A DNA stretch of 64,000 nt from an uncultured Clostridia bacterium (GCA_934167965.1 CAKPMJ010000002.1:191013-255012), one strand, 5' to 3'; shown: positions 1 through 10,729, numbered from the stretch's first letter. The notes: a model not told the origin generated them from the letters alone. Translations and numbers: made by a program.

Positions 1-1563
1 ATTTTCTTTTTGTAATTCTTCTCTAATTTGCATTGCTTTTGAAACTGTTTTTCCTATACCTATAATTGTTATATCTTTACCATGTCTTAAAATCTCTGAT
101 TTTCCATATTCAATATCTGTCTCTGATTTTATTTTTTCTTTTGATTCTCCACCTCTTGGGTAACGTATTACAACTGGTTTATTAAGATTTGCAGCAAAAT
201 CCATCATGTCTCTTAATTCTTTAAAATCCTTTGGTGCCATTAATGTTATATTAGGTATTAATTTAAAAAATGCCAAATCAAATAAACCTTGATGTGTTTC
301 TCCATCTGCTCCAACTATGCCTGCTCTATCTACACACATTATTACAGGTAAATTTTGCATACATATATCATGTATTACCTGATCATATGCTCTTTGATAA
401 AATGATGAATATATTGGTACAAATGGTATCATTCCTTCTTTTGCCAAACCTGCCGCAAATGTTAATGCATGTTGTTCCGCAATCCCAACATCAAAAAATC
501 TTTCTGGATATTTTTTAGCAAATTCTGTTAATCCTGTTCCTGCTTTCATTGATGCAGTTATTGCAACTATATTTTTATTTTTATCTGCTATTTCTAATAA
601 TTTTTCTCCAAAAACTTTTGAGTAATCTTCCTTTTTCTCTTTTTTGGGCTTTCCAGTTTTTATATCAAAACTTCCTGTAGCATGAAATCTATCAGGGTTC
701 TCCTCTGCTATCTTATAGCCTTTTCCTTTTTTTGTTAACACATGTATTAATACAGGGCCATCTGCTTCTTTAGCACCTTTTAGTAAAACTTCTAAATCTC
801 CTATATTATGACCGTCAACTGGTCCTAGATACTTAAAACCTATATCTTCAAAAAACATTTTCGGTATTATAATTTGCTTTATTCCATTTTTCGCTTTTTG
901 AACAAATTTCACTATTGGCTTTCCAATCACAGGTATCTTGTTGATTATTCTCTTTCCTGTTTTATTAGAATTAGTATAGTTTTTCCTTGTTCTTAATTTA
1001 CTTAGGAACATATTTACTCCACCAATATTTTTAGAGATACTCATTTCATTATCGTTTAATATTACTATCATTTTTGTTTGTGAACTTCCTGCATGATTTA
1101 ATGCTTCTAATGCCATTCCCCCAGTCAATGATCCATCTCCAATAACTGCTATAACAGAGTTATTTTCTTTTTTTATATCTCTTGCTTTTGCCATTCCCAT
1201 TGCTGCAGATATTGATGTACTACTATGACCTGTATTAAAACTATCTGTATCTGATTCATCTGTCTTAGGAAATCCAGCTATTCCATTTAGTTTTCTTAAA
1301 GTTTTTAACTGTTCTTTTCTTCCTGTTATTATTTTATGTACATAACTTTGATGACCAACATCCCATACTATTTTATCTTTTGGAACATCAAAAATACTAT
1401 GTAATGCTATTGTTAATTCTACTACCCCTAAATTTGATGCTAAATGTCCACCATTTTCTGATACTATTTCTAGTATATATTTCCTAATTTCATCAGCTAA
1501 AATTTTCTTTTCACTCAAATTTAATTTTTTTATATCTTCTGCTGAATTTATTTTCTCTAACAC
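1..1563 (-). CDS. dxs: 1-deoxy-D-xylulose-5-phosphate synthase (3' end beyond window edge); GTG start at 1563
   Basis: Minus-strand translation MLEKINSAEDIKKLNLSEKKILADEIR... with DXS signature GHSSTSISAAMGMA and TPP-binding GDG. GGAG precedes the GTG. The frame runs off the window start, so it is absent from the ORF track. Confidence 0.9.
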   Translation of the reverse strand, partial: MLEKINSAEDIKKLNLSEKKILADEIRKYILEIVSENGGHLASNLGVVELTIALHSIFDVPKDKIVWDVGHQSYVHKIITGRKEQLKTLRKLNGIAGFPKTDESDTDSFNTGHSSTSISAAMGMAKARDIKKENNSVIAVIGDGSLTGGMALEALNHAGSSQTKMIVILNDNEMSISKNIGGVNMFLSKLRTRKNYTNSNKTGKRIINKIPVIGKPIVKFVQKAKNGIKQIIIPKMFFEDIGFKYLGPVDGHNIGDLEVLLKGAKEADGPVLIHVLTKKGKGYKIAEENPDRFHATGSFDIKTGKPKKEKKEDYSKVFGEKLLEIADKNKNIVAITASMKAGTGLTEFAKKYPERFFDVGIAEQHALTFAAGLAKEGMIPFVPIYSSFYQRAYDQVIHDICMQNLPVIMCVDRAGIVGADGETHQGLFDLAFFKLIPNITLMAPKDFKELRDMMDFAANLNKPVVIRYPRGGESKEKIKSETDIEYGKSEILRHGKDITIIGIGKTVSKAMQIREELQKEN

Positions 1564-1590
1564 TGTTTCACTCCTTGCTAGTCCTACATT

Positions 1591-3219
1591 TTATGAGACT
1601 TTTTTATTTCTCAATTCATATGCATATTTTATTGTTGCCTCATTTACTTCTCCGGAAGAGATTCTTGCTATTTCCCTTATTATTTCATCTTCTTTCAATA
1701 GTTTGATATTTGTATTTGTTCTTTCGTTCACAATTTTTTTACTAATAAAATAATTATAGTCTGCTATTGCTGCTATATTAGGTAAATGTGATATGCATAA
1801 TATTTGATGCTCTTTTGCAATTTTACTTAATTTTTCTGCTACACTATTTGCTGCTTTTCCACTTATCCCTGTATCTATTTCGTCAAATATTAAAGTTGGT
1901 GTTTTATCTACATCTGCAAGAACTGTTTTTATTGCAAGCATTACCCTTGACATTTCACCACCAGAGGCTGTTTTGCTTAGTTCCTTCTCATCTTCTCCTA
2001 AATTTGTACTGATATAAAATGTTATCTTATCTTTTCCTGTCTCTAAAAATTCTTCCATATAATCTATATGAATATTTATTTTTGCACTTTTCATTTCTAA
2101 TTCTTGCAAATTTTTATTTATTTTTTCTGATAATTTCAAACTATATTGTAAACGTATCTCATGCATTTGAGTAGATATATCTTCCATTTTACTCTCAATT
2201 TGTTTTTGCTCTTGTTTCAATTTGTTTGTGTATTCTTCTAAATTTTCAATTCTATATACTTCTTTTTTTGTTTCTTCTAAATATTCTAATATTTCCTTTA
2301 TAGAATTTCCATATTTTCTTTTTAGTGAGTATATTAAATCCAATCTTTCTTCTATATTATTTCTTTCTTCTTCATCAAAATATGTATCATCTTTAAAATC
2401 TGATATATCTCTTGATATCTCTTGAAGTTCATAATATATATTTTTTAAATTGCTTGCAACGTTTTCGTATTTTTCATCTATTGTTTCGATTTTTTCTAAT
2501 GCTCTAATAGCATTACTCAATGAATCTATAGTATTTTCACCAATTGATGTATCTGCTTCATTTAAATTTGTTGATATTTTTTCAGAATTCATAATGATTT
2601 TTCTTTTTTCTTCTAACAATTCTTCTTCATTTTCTTTTAATTCTGCTTCTTCTATTTCATTTACTTGATATTTTAGTAAATCTATTTTTCTTTGTCTTTC
2701 TTTTTCATCTCCCAAATTTTCTTTTAATTCTTTTTTTATCAAACTATATTTTGAAAATAATTGTGTATATTCTTCTTTTAGAAATCTTATTTTATCTCCA
2801 ATGAAACCATCTAAATATTTTTGGTGTTCTTTTGTGTCTAATAAATTCTGGTTGTCATTTTGCCCGTGTATTTCTATGTATTTACTCATAAATTCTTTTA
2901 ATTCATTTACAGTTACCATTCTACCATTTATTTTACACATATTTCTTCCATTTAAATTTATTTCTCTTGATATTATTATATTTCCATCTATCGAGTTTTC
3001 GTCTTCTGGATCATACATACATAATTCAACATAGGAATTATTTTCTCCTTTTCTTATCATCTCCTTAGAAAACCTTCCTCCTGATATTATTCCAAGTGAA
3101 CCTATTATAAGTGTTTTTCCTGCACCTGTTTCTCCTGTTAATACATTAAGTCCATTATTAAAATCTATTTCTAAATCTTCTATAATTCCTATGTTTTTTA
3201 TATGTAATTTTGTTATCAT
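1591..3219 (-). CDS. recN: DNA repair protein RecN
   Basis: 542 aa with N-terminal Walker A GETGAGKT, a long coiled-coil middle and a C-terminal ABC signature/Walker B (LSGGE...FDEIDTGI). RBS GGAGG upstream. Confidence 0.9.
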   Translation of the reverse strand: MITKLHIKNIGIIEDLEIDFNNGLNVLTGETGAGKTLIIGSLGIISGGRFSKEMIRKGENNSYVELCMYDPEDENSIDGNIIISREINLNGRNMCKINGRMVTVNELKEFMSKYIEIHGQNDNQNLLDTKEHQKYLDGFIGDKIRFLKEEYTQLFSKYSLIKKELKENLGDEKERQRKIDLLKYQVNEIEEAELKENEEELLEEKRKIIMNSEKISTNLNEADTSIGENTIDSLSNAIRALEKIETIDEKYENVASNLKNIYYELQEISRDISDFKDDTYFDEEERNNIEERLDLIYSLKRKYGNSIKEILEYLEETKKEVYRIENLEEYTNKLKQEQKQIESKMEDISTQMHEIRLQYSLKLSEKINKNLQELEMKSAKINIHIDYMEEFLETGKDKITFYISTNLGEDEKELSKTASGGEMSRVMLAIKTVLADVDKTPTLIFDEIDTGISGKAANSVAEKLSKIAKEHQILCISHLPNIAAIADYNYFISKKIVNERTNTNIKLLKEDEIIREIARISSGEVNEATIKYAYELRNKKVS

Positions 3220-3304
3220 AATAATACCTCCATTTTGCGAATTATTGTTTGGTATTATTATACATCTATTTTATTGTTTGTCAATAGTTTTTACGAACAT
3301 TTTT

Positions 3305-5593
3305 TCATATTATTTCTAAATTTGCAAATTTAGCCATAAGTCTCTTATGTCCCACTTTATCAAAACTAATGTCAACTTTTAAATCATCACCTTCTGGTTC
3401 AGTTGATGTTATTACACCCTCTCCAAATTTTTTATGATATACTCTAATACCTTCACCATATTGTGATAAATCAATTTTTTTACTTGCTCCTCTGTTTGTA
3501 AGTCCACTCAAGAAACTTTCTGCTGTTCTTCCAAAGGAAAATCCTTTATTGTTAGAACTTGCTGCAACTTTTACATCATTTGTATCTATTTTATATGATT
3601 TTATTGCACTTGAATTTTGACTTCCATAACTCCACATGTAATCATTGTTTCTTATTGGTTTTGTAGATTCTTCTGCTCCATCTAACAATTCAGTAGGTAT
3701 TTCCTTTAAAAATCTAGATACTAAATTACAACTTGTTGATCCAAACATTGTACGTTGTTTTGCACATGTTAAATATAAGTCTTTCTCAGCTCTTGTTATT
3801 CCAACATAACATAAACGTCTTTCTTCTTCTAATTCTGCAGTTTCTCCTATTGATTTGTATCCTGGGAATATTCCTTCTTCCATTCCTACTAAAAATACTA
3901 CCGGAAACTCTAATCCTTTGGCACTATGTAATGTCATAAGTGTTACAGACTCCTCTGTTTCATCCATACCATCTAAATCTGATGATAGTGTCATTCCTTC
4001 TAAGAAATTCTCCAAAGTATTTTCTGCTTCTTCTTTTTCAAATTCCATTGCAACTGTAAGGAATTCTTCCAAGTTTTCTATTCTATTTTCTGCTTCTACT
4101 GTTTTTTCATCTTCAAGAGCTTTTGTATAACCTGTTTTCTTTAATGTAAGTTTTACTAATTCTGTAATTGTTACACTATCTTTTTTACTTCTTAATTCTT
4201 CTATAACATTCATAAATTCTCTCGAATTTAGATAAACTCTATTCAATCCATATTGATCTGCATTTTTTATTATTTCATACATTGAAGTTTCATTACTTAT
4301 AGCCAAATCATTTATTTTATCTAGACTAGTTTTTCCTATTCCCCTCTTAGGTTCATTTATAATTCTGATTAAACTTAAATTATCTGATGTATTTTGTATT
4401 AACCTTAAATATGAAATAATATCTTTTATTTCCTTTCTTTCGAAGAATTTTAGACCTCCAACTATTTTATATGGTACTCCTTCTCTTCTTAAAATATCTT
4501 CTATTGCTCTTGATTGGGTATTCATTCTATATAAAATTGAAAAGTCTGAATATTTGTAATTATCTTGTCTTCTCAAATGTTCAATTTGCTCAACAATATA
4601 TCTTCCTTCATCATATTCATTGTCTGCTGAATAAAATTTAGGAAGCTCACCTATATCATTTTCTGTCCATAATTTTTTATCATATTTTGCTTCATTGTTC
4701 TTTATTACTGAATTGGCAACTTTTAATATATTTCCTGTACATCTATAGTTTTGCTCTAATTTTATTATCTTTGTTCCTTTAAAGTCTCTTTCAAAATTTA
4801 AAATATTTGATATGTCCGCTCCTCTAAATGAGTAAATTCCTTGGTCATTATCCCCTACTACTGTAATATTTCCATTTATACTTGCTAGACTTTTTACAAG
4901 TGTAAATTGTGCCTTATTAGTATCTTGATACTCATCTACTAAAACATATTTAAACTTTCCTGCATAATATTCTAATATTTCAGGGTTTTCTTCAAATATT
5001 TTTATTGTAAAATTTATTATATCATCAAAATCTATTGCATTATTTTCTTTTAATCTTTTTTGATATAAACTATATATTTCGGAAATTTTCTCTCTTCTAA
5101 AGTCTCCTTTTGCTTTTAATGCATATTGTTCTGGCTCTAACATTTCATTTTTTGCATTACTTATTTCTGATGCAACTGCTCTATCTGTAAACGTCTTATC
5201 ATCAATATTTAAATCTTTTAAACATCTTTTTATTAGTGTTCTTTGATCTGATGTATCAAATATTATAAATGACTTTTCATAACCTATTTTTTCTATATGA
5301 TACCTTAATATTTTTACACATATTGAATGGAATGTTCCCATCCATATATCTTTTGCTTGTTCTCCAACTAAATTTGTTATTCTTTCTTTCATCTCATTTG
5401 CAGCTTTGTTAGTAAATGTTATTGCTAGTATATTCCAAGGAGCTACATTTTTTTCTTGTATTAAATATGCTATTTTATGTGTTAATACCTTTGTTTTACC
5501 ACTTCCCGCTCCAGCTATAACTAAGCATGGTCCTTCTGTATTTACTACTGCTTCATATTGTTTATTATTTAATCCTTCTAATATTTCTGACAT
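3305..5593 (-). CDS. pcrA: ATP-dependent DNA helicase PcrA (UvrD family)
   Basis: 762 aa with AGAGSGKT Walker A and UvrD helicase motifs (TFTNKAANEM, VDEYQDTN, GDxDQxIY). Confidence 0.9.
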   Translation of the reverse strand: MSEILEGLNNKQYEAVVNTEGPCLVIAGAGSGKTKVLTHKIAYLIQEKNVAPWNILAITFTNKAANEMKERITNLVGEQAKDIWMGTFHSICVKILRYHIEKIGYEKSFIIFDTSDQRTLIKRCLKDLNIDDKTFTDRAVASEISNAKNEMLEPEQYALKAKGDFRREKISEIYSLYQKRLKENNAIDFDDIINFTIKIFEENPEILEYYAGKFKYVLVDEYQDTNKAQFTLVKSLASINGNITVVGDNDQGIYSFRGADISNILNFERDFKGTKIIKLEQNYRCTGNILKVANSVIKNNEAKYDKKLWTENDIGELPKFYSADNEYDEGRYIVEQIEHLRRQDNYKYSDFSILYRMNTQSRAIEDILRREGVPYKIVGGLKFFERKEIKDIISYLRLIQNTSDNLSLIRIINEPKRGIGKTSLDKINDLAISNETSMYEIIKNADQYGLNRVYLNSREFMNVIEELRSKKDSVTITELVKLTLKKTGYTKALEDEKTVEAENRIENLEEFLTVAMEFEKEEAENTLENFLEGMTLSSDLDGMDETEESVTLMTLHSAKGLEFPVVFLVGMEEGIFPGYKSIGETAELEEERRLCYVGITRAEKDLYLTCAKQRTMFGSTSCNLVSRFLKEIPTELLDGAEESTKPIRNNDYMWSYGSQNSSAIKSYKIDTNDVKVAASSNNKGFSFGRTAESFLSGLTNRGASKKIDLSQYGEGIRVYHKKFGEGVITSTEPEGDDLKVDISFDKVGHKRLMAKFANLEII

Positions 5594-5606
5594 TAATTAT
5601 CTACTC

Positions 5607-6059
5607 CTATTTGCTTAATATTTCTTTTACAACTTCATTTATTGTCCTTCCATCAGCTCCTGCTCCTATTTTTGCTTTTGCTTCTTTCATTACAATTCCC
5701 ATATCTTTCATTGAAGTTGCTCCTACTTCTTTTATTATTTCTGAAATTATTTCAACTAATTCTTCTTTTGTTAGTTGTTTTGGTAAGTATTCTTCTAATA
5801 CTTTCATCTCTTCTTTTGTTTGTTCTATTAAATCTTCTCTTCCCGCTTTTTCAAAGTCTACTAGTGCATCTTTCTTTCCTTTTTGTTCTTTTGCTATAAT
5901 TTCTATTATTTTGTTATCGTCTACTTCTTTTCCTGTATCTTTTTCTATTTTTAATATTGCTGCTCTTACCATTTGTACAGTATTTTTTCTTATTACATTT
6001 TTGTCTCTCATTGAAACTTTTAAATCTTCTAATAATTTTTCTTTTAACATACTTATCAT
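5607..6059 (-). CDS. yqeY: GatB/YqeY domain protein
   Basis: 150 aa, K/E-rich, typical YqeY-family composition and length. Sits directly downstream of pcrA. Confidence 0.7.
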   Translation of the reverse strand: MISMLKEKLLEDLKVSMRDKNVIRKNTVQMVRAAILKIEKDTGKEVDDNKIIEIIAKEQKGKKDALVDFEKAGREDLIEQTKEEMKVLEEYLPKQLTKEELVEIISEIIKEVGATSMKDMGIVMKEAKAKIGAGADGRTINEVVKEILSK

Positions 6060-6136
6060 TCCTTTCTATATTTGCAGTCTTATTTTACTACATAAAAAAA
6101 GAAATAGCAATCATTTTTTCGCTATTTCTTTTTAAT

Positions 6137-8170
6137 TTATTTATTACTGCTTTTTTTCTTTCTAGTGGTTTTTTTCTCCATTTCAGGGCTCCATTTTTCT
6201 CCTAGCTTTGGCTTATTCCAAGAAATAAAGTTACATTTTTCTGGGCTATTTTCACAAACAAAGAATTTTCTTCCTCGTTTAGATTTCTTTTCTATAACTC
6301 TAGCCCCACAAACAGGACATGGAACTTCTATATAATTTATAATAGATTTAATATTTTTACATTCAGGGAATCCTGGACATGCTAAAAATTTACCATATCT
6401 ACCATATCTATATACCATCATTCTTCCACATTTTTCACATTTAACATCTGAAACTTCTTCTTCTAATTTCACATGTTCTAATTCTTTTTCTACTTTTTCT
6501 ACTTCTTTTATAAAAGGTCCATAGAACTCTCTTATAACTTCTTTCCAGGCTTCATTTCCTTCTGCAATTTTATCAAATTGAGTTTCAATATCTGCTGTAA
6601 AAGATTCATTTACAATATCTTTAAAATTCTCTACTAATAATTTATTTACAACTCTTCCCAATTCTGTAGGATGTAATTGTTTTTGTTCTTTTTCGATATA
6701 TCTTCTTTCTATTATTGTTGTAATTGTTGGAGAATATGTACTTGGCCTTCCTATCCCTTTTTCTTCTAAGGCTTTTACCAAGCTAGCTTCTGTATATCTT
6801 GCAGGTGGCTCTGTGAAACTTTGCTTTGGATTTAATTTTACTTTTTTGACCTCTTGATTTTCTTCTAATGGTGGAAGCATTCCTTTTTCTTCTTCTTGTT
6901 TATCATCTGTACCTTCTACATAAAGTACCATAAATCCCTTAAATTTTAAATTTTGACCATTAGCTTTTAAATCATATTTACCTGATTTTATATTTACAGC
7001 CATAGTATCATATATTGCAGAAGACATTTGGCTTGCTAAAAATCTATTGTATATTAGTTTATATAATTTGTATTGATCTGGTGTTAAATATTGTTTTACT
7101 TCATCTGGTAAAAGTTCTATATGAGCAGGTCTTATTGCCTCATGTGCATCTTGTGCATCTTTATTAGTTCGGTAATACCTATTCTCATAATAATTTTTAC
7201 CATATATTTTGATTATACATTGTTTTGCAACTGCTCTTGCTTCTTCTGAAATTCTTGTTGAATCTGTTCTCATATATGTTATTAGACCTGTATGGCCTTC
7301 TGGTAGTTTTACACCTTCATATAACCCTTGTGCAACTGACATAGTCTTTTTCAAGGTAAAATTCAATTTTCTTGATGCTTCTTGTTGCATTGTACTTGTT
7401 GTAAATGGTGGTGCAGGAGTACGTTTCTTTTCTCCCCTTTTTACTTCTGTTATTATGTATTTTCCATTTTCTAAATCTGACAATATTTTATCTGCTTCAT
7501 CTTTTGTATGTATTTCTATTTTTTTGCCATCTTCATTCGCAACTCTTGCTTCAAACTCTGTTTTTGTTTTTTCGTCTAATAATATAGCATATATATTCCA
7601 ATACTCTTGTGGTACAAATTTTTCAATTTCTTCTTCTCTATCTACTATTAGCTTTACAGCTACAGATTGAACGCGTCCTGCCGACAATCCTCTTTTCACT
7701 TTTTTCCACAATACGGGACTTATTTTATATCCAACTATTCTATCTAATACACGTCTTGCTTGTTGCGCATCTACTAAATTTACATCTATATCTCTTGGGC
7801 TTTCTATTGCCTTTTTTACTGCTCCTTTTGTTATTTCATTAAATGTTACCCTTGTTATTTTATTTTTATCTTCTTCTAATATTTTCGCCAAATGCCATGC
7901 AATAGCTTCTCCTTCACGGTCAGGGTCGGTAGCAAGATATACTTTTTTCGCTGTTTTTGCATCTTTTTTTAGTGATTTTATTAAATCTCCCTTTCCTCTT
8001 ATATTTATATATTCTGGTTCAAAATCATTTTCTACATTTATTCCTAGTTTTGATTTTGGCAAATCTCTTATATGTCCCATTGATGCTACTACTTTTGTAC
8101 TTCCCCCTAGAAACTTTTTAATTGTATTTGCCTTAGCGGGAGACTCCACTATTATTAATTTATCAGCCAT
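6137..8170 (-). CDS. topA: DNA topoisomerase I
   Basis: 677 aa. N-terminus MADKLIIVESPAKANTIKKFLG (Toprim), active-site region, and C-terminal Cys4 zinc-ribbon repeats (CEKCG...CPVCG). Confidence 0.93.
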   Translation of the reverse strand: MADKLIIVESPAKANTIKKFLGGSTKVVASMGHIRDLPKSKLGINVENDFEPEYINIRGKGDLIKSLKKDAKTAKKVYLATDPDREGEAIAWHLAKILEEDKNKITRVTFNEITKGAVKKAIESPRDIDVNLVDAQQARRVLDRIVGYKISPVLWKKVKRGLSAGRVQSVAVKLIVDREEEIEKFVPQEYWNIYAILLDEKTKTEFEARVANEDGKKIEIHTKDEADKILSDLENGKYIITEVKRGEKKRTPAPPFTTSTMQQEASRKLNFTLKKTMSVAQGLYEGVKLPEGHTGLITYMRTDSTRISEEARAVAKQCIIKIYGKNYYENRYYRTNKDAQDAHEAIRPAHIELLPDEVKQYLTPDQYKLYKLIYNRFLASQMSSAIYDTMAVNIKSGKYDLKANGQNLKFKGFMVLYVEGTDDKQEEEKGMLPPLEENQEVKKVKLNPKQSFTEPPARYTEASLVKALEEKGIGRPSTYSPTITTIIERRYIEKEQKQLHPTELGRVVNKLLVENFKDIVNESFTADIETQFDKIAEGNEAWKEVIREFYGPFIKEVEKVEKELEHVKLEEEVSDVKCEKCGRMMVYRYGRYGKFLACPGFPECKNIKSIINYIEVPCPVCGARVIEKKSKRGRKFFVCENSPEKCNFISWNKPKLGEKWSPEMEKKTTRKKKSSNK

Positions 8171-8202
8171 TTTTATCTCCTTCCTTAGTATTATACTTAC
8201 AA

Positions 8203-8231
8203 ATTATATATACATTTTTTTTAAAAGTCAA
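8203..8231 (-). promoter_or_regulatory. sigma-A type promoter for topA (TTGACT-17-TATAAT)
   Basis: Reverse complement reads TTGACTtttaaaaaaaatgtataTATAAT about 30 nt upstream of the topA RBS AAGGAGG. Confidence 0.5.
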
Positions 8232-8240
8232 TACCAACAT

Positions 8241-8264
8241 AAAAAAAGGACAGTGTTCTGCCCT
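8241..8264 (-). terminator. intrinsic terminator after the small upstream gene
   Basis: Minus-strand hairpin AGGGCAG-aaca-CTGTCCT followed by TTTTTTT. Confidence 0.5.
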
Positions 8265-8283
8265 GGTTTTACTCTTCTATTAC

Positions 8284-8580
8284 TTATCTTAATTCATATA
8301 AAACATCTTTAATTGCAATTGGTGTAACTTCGTTGTCTCTTAACAATGTTAAAATTTTATCTGCTTCATTTGAATTATTTGTTAATTCATAAATTTCTTC
8401 TTTTTCTATATTAATATTTTCTTCTTTGTACTCTGTTTTTACAATTTCTATACCATATTTATTTTCGACATTTTCTTTTCCTGTAATAGTCTTGTAGTAT
8501 TCAATCTTTACAGGATATTTAATACCTTCTTCAAGTAATCTGTTTTTATCAATAAATATCCCATCGAAAAACGTCTTCAA
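8284..8580 (-). CDS. hypothetical small acidic protein (98 aa)
   Basis: ORF with a terminator downstream. No recognisable motifs. Confidence 0.5.
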   Translation of the reverse strand: MKTFFDGIFIDKNRLLEEGIKYPVKIEYYKTITGKENVENKYGIEIVKTEYKEENINIEKEEIYELTNNSNEADKILTLLRDNEVTPIAIKDVLYELR

Positions 8581-8680
8581 ATTTAACTCCTTCCTCTTTT
8601 TCTATAACCACGATACTCATTATAACATATTTTTTTGAAAATGCAAGAGTTTTTTTATTTTTTATATATCTCTCTCGACA

Positions 8681-8706
8681 ATATATTACATGAATATGTA
8701 ATATAT
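8681..8706. promoter_or_regulatory. 11-bp inverted repeat ATATATTACAT-gaat-ATGTAATATAT, candidate operator
   Basis: Perfect 11-bp arms, about 30 bp upstream of the -35 of the surface-protein/sortase operon promoter. Confidence 0.35.
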
Positions 8707-8734
8707 TTGTAATACAAATTTAATAAAACATTAA

Positions 8735-8763
8735 TTGATATTATATTGCTTGTATGATAGAAT
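8735..8763 (+). promoter_or_regulatory. sigma-A promoter TTGATA-17-TAGAAT with extended TG
   Basis: ttgataTTATATTGCTTGTATGAtagaat about 50 nt upstream of the 8812 start. Confidence 0.5.
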
Positions 8764-8811
8764 TTATATAAAGGTATATTTATCATATTCAGAAAGGAAT
8801 TTTTATAAATC

Positions 8812-10062
8812 ATGAAAATTATAAAGAAAGTTTTTTCTATAAATTTAATATTATTGTTAGTTTTAATTAACCTTAATTCATATACATATGCTTCATCAGT
8901 TAATGATTCTAGTTTAAAAAAATCAATTAAAAAGGTTAATTCATACCTGAAAAATAATATTGATTATAACCAACCAGAATATTTAACCGAAATTGTAGAT
9001 GATAACAGAGAAGTACCTGCATATTCATATTATCCTAAACACGTAAGTTCACGAGGGATAAAAACATTAAAAGCATTCAACGGAAAGATCTTTATGGGAT
9101 TAGGAGATTGGAATGATAATACCGGTCCTACTAAAATATTATATTATGATACTAAAAGTAATAAGGTTGTATCTTCTGGCACAATAGCTGATGAGGCCAT
9201 TGAAACATTTACTATAATAGATAAAAAATTATACACAACAGGGACAGACCCTAAAGCTGCTTGGGGATATGGCAGCTATTATCAATATAATGAAACAGAT
9301 AATAAGTGGGAACAACATCAAAAGAAACATGGCTGGATACACATTTTTAAAATGGTTGAATTTGAAAATAAATTGTTTCTGTGTGGATCTACTCAAAAAA
9401 ATTTCACTCCAATTCAATATTCTGATGATAATGGTGAAGTATTTAACAATATTTTCTTATACAAAGATTCTGAACAACTTCCTTTTGATGAAGAATTAAG
9501 ATGTTATAATTTAATTTCATATGATAACAACTTATATGGATTTGTTGCTTCAACTAATAATAAAAAAATTGATGGAATATACAAATATGACAGCAAAGAA
9601 AATAAATTTAATTATATAGCTAACCTTCCGGATAGTTCAATTCACTGGTTTGCACGTTTTCCTAAACATAGTATTTTTAAAAATAAATTTATTTATTTGT
9701 CTGGTAGTCATGTATACAGTACTACTGATTTTAAACAATTTACACCAATACTTGCAAATTTATTTGGTAAAACTGTTCTAAATCCTGATTATGTATTTTA
9801 TTCTACTGGAACTGAAAATGCCCAAGATTCTTTGGTTGTGGATGATACCTTATATTTATTAACTTATAAAAAAGATGGGAATTCATATTTAGCTAGAATC
9901 TACGCTACAAAAGATTTATCTACAACTCAATTAATATATGAATTAGAAACACCTTCGACACCATTCACTTTTGAGTACTATGACAATAGTTTTTACATAG
10001 GAACTAATGTTGGATATTCATCTAAGCTAGACGACTCTGTTAAAAACCGGAAGTTTATATAG
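8812..10062 (+). CDS. secreted beta-propeller-like protein with signal peptide; probable N-terminal portion of an LPXTG-anchored surface protein
   Basis: MKIIKKVFSINLILLLVLINLNSYTYASS signal peptide. Recurring blade-like motifs (KLYTTG, KLFLCG, NLYGFV, FIYLSG). The stop at 10060-10062 lies inside a region where the +1 frame stays open. Confidence 0.75.
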   Translation: MKIIKKVFSINLILLLVLINLNSYTYASSVNDSSLKKSIKKVNSYLKNNIDYNQPEYLTEIVDDNREVPAYSYYPKHVSSRGIKTLKAFNGKIFMGLGDWNDNTGPTKILYYDTKSNKVVSSGTIADEAIETFTIIDKKLYTTGTDPKAAWGYGSYYQYNETDNKWEQHQKKHGWIHIFKMVEFENKLFLCGSTQKNFTPIQYSDDNGEVFNNIFLYKDSEQLPFDEELRCYNLISYDNNLYGFVASTNNKKIDGIYKYDSKENKFNYIANLPDSSIHWFARFPKHSIFKNKFIYLSGSHVYSTTDFKQFTPILANLFGKTVLNPDYVFYSTGTENAQDSLVVDDTLYLLTYKKDGNSYLARIYATKDLSTTQLIYELETPSTPFTFEYYDNSFYIGTNVGYSSKLDDSVKNRKFI

Positions 10063-10729
10063 AGTTAACTTAAATGATGCCAAAGAGTCAAAGCTATCTA
10101 TTAATACTAAAAAGAAAAAAATATCTATTGATAAAGTCAACTTTAATTACAACACAACATACAAATTAACTAATGACAAGTCAGAATTTAAAACTACATT
10201 AACTTTTAAATCTTCAATGAATGAAAAAAAATGTAAAAATGAATATGCAAAAATACAAAATTTAGATTTGCTTTATGCAACAGTTACAAATATAGGAAAA
10301 TCAGATATATCAGAGTCGGTTTCTTATTTTGATAAAGTACTATCTGCAAACACATCAACTACAAATAAGTTCACATCTCCTATAGACTATGCAAAAGAAA
10401 TGTTCAAAAAAGAGTTAAATATACAAGACAAACTATTTTCACTTACAACCAAAACTACAGAAAATACTAATGATAAATATACAGTTGATGTGACTTTATC
10501 TGTTAACAACAGTGCTATGTTCAGTACCTCTAATTCTGGTTCTAATACAAATTCTGATTCTAATAACACATCAAACTCATCTAAAAAGGTAATTAGTAGT
10601 ACTAGCAAATTGCCTCAAACAGGACACTTTATAAATATAAAATATATTTTGATACTTACTATATTCTTGGCAATTATGGCAATTGTATATTTAAAAACCA
10701 AAGGAACAAACAATGAACAAAAAAGATAA
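10031..10729 (+). CDS. C-terminal S/T/N-rich stalk plus LPQTG cell-wall sorting signal, in +1 frame relative to the upstream ORF (no signal peptide of its own)
   Basis: The frame is open from 10031 (after TAG at 10028-30). The ORF track starts it at ATG 10217. It ends ...SSTSKLPQTGHFINIKYILILTIFLAIMAIVYLKTKGTNNEQKR: LPQTG, then a hydrophobic segment, then a basic tail. Confidence 0.7.
   Translation, partial: TTLLKTGSLYRVNLNDAKESKLSINTKKKKISIDKVNFNYNTTYKLTNDKSEFKTTLTFKSSMNEKKCKNEYAKIQNLDLLYATVTNIGKSDISESVSYFDKVLSANTSTTNKFTSPIDYAKEMFKKELNIQDKLFSLTTKTTENTNDKYTVDVTLSVNNSAMFSTSNSGSNTNSDSNNTSNSSKKVISSTSKLPQTGHFINIKYILILTIFLAIMAIVYLKTKGTNNEQKR

Noticed and set aside
270-518. 82-aa plus-strand ORF
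   Set aside because: It lies wholly inside the minus-strand dxs coding region. The sequence is Leu/Phe-rich and typical of antisense frames in AT-rich DNA.
5527-6205. Plus-strand ORFs of 200/85/82 aa opposite yqeY/pcrA
   Set aside because: They are low-complexity Leu/Phe/Ser-rich antisense artefacts overlapping well-supported genes. No RBS.
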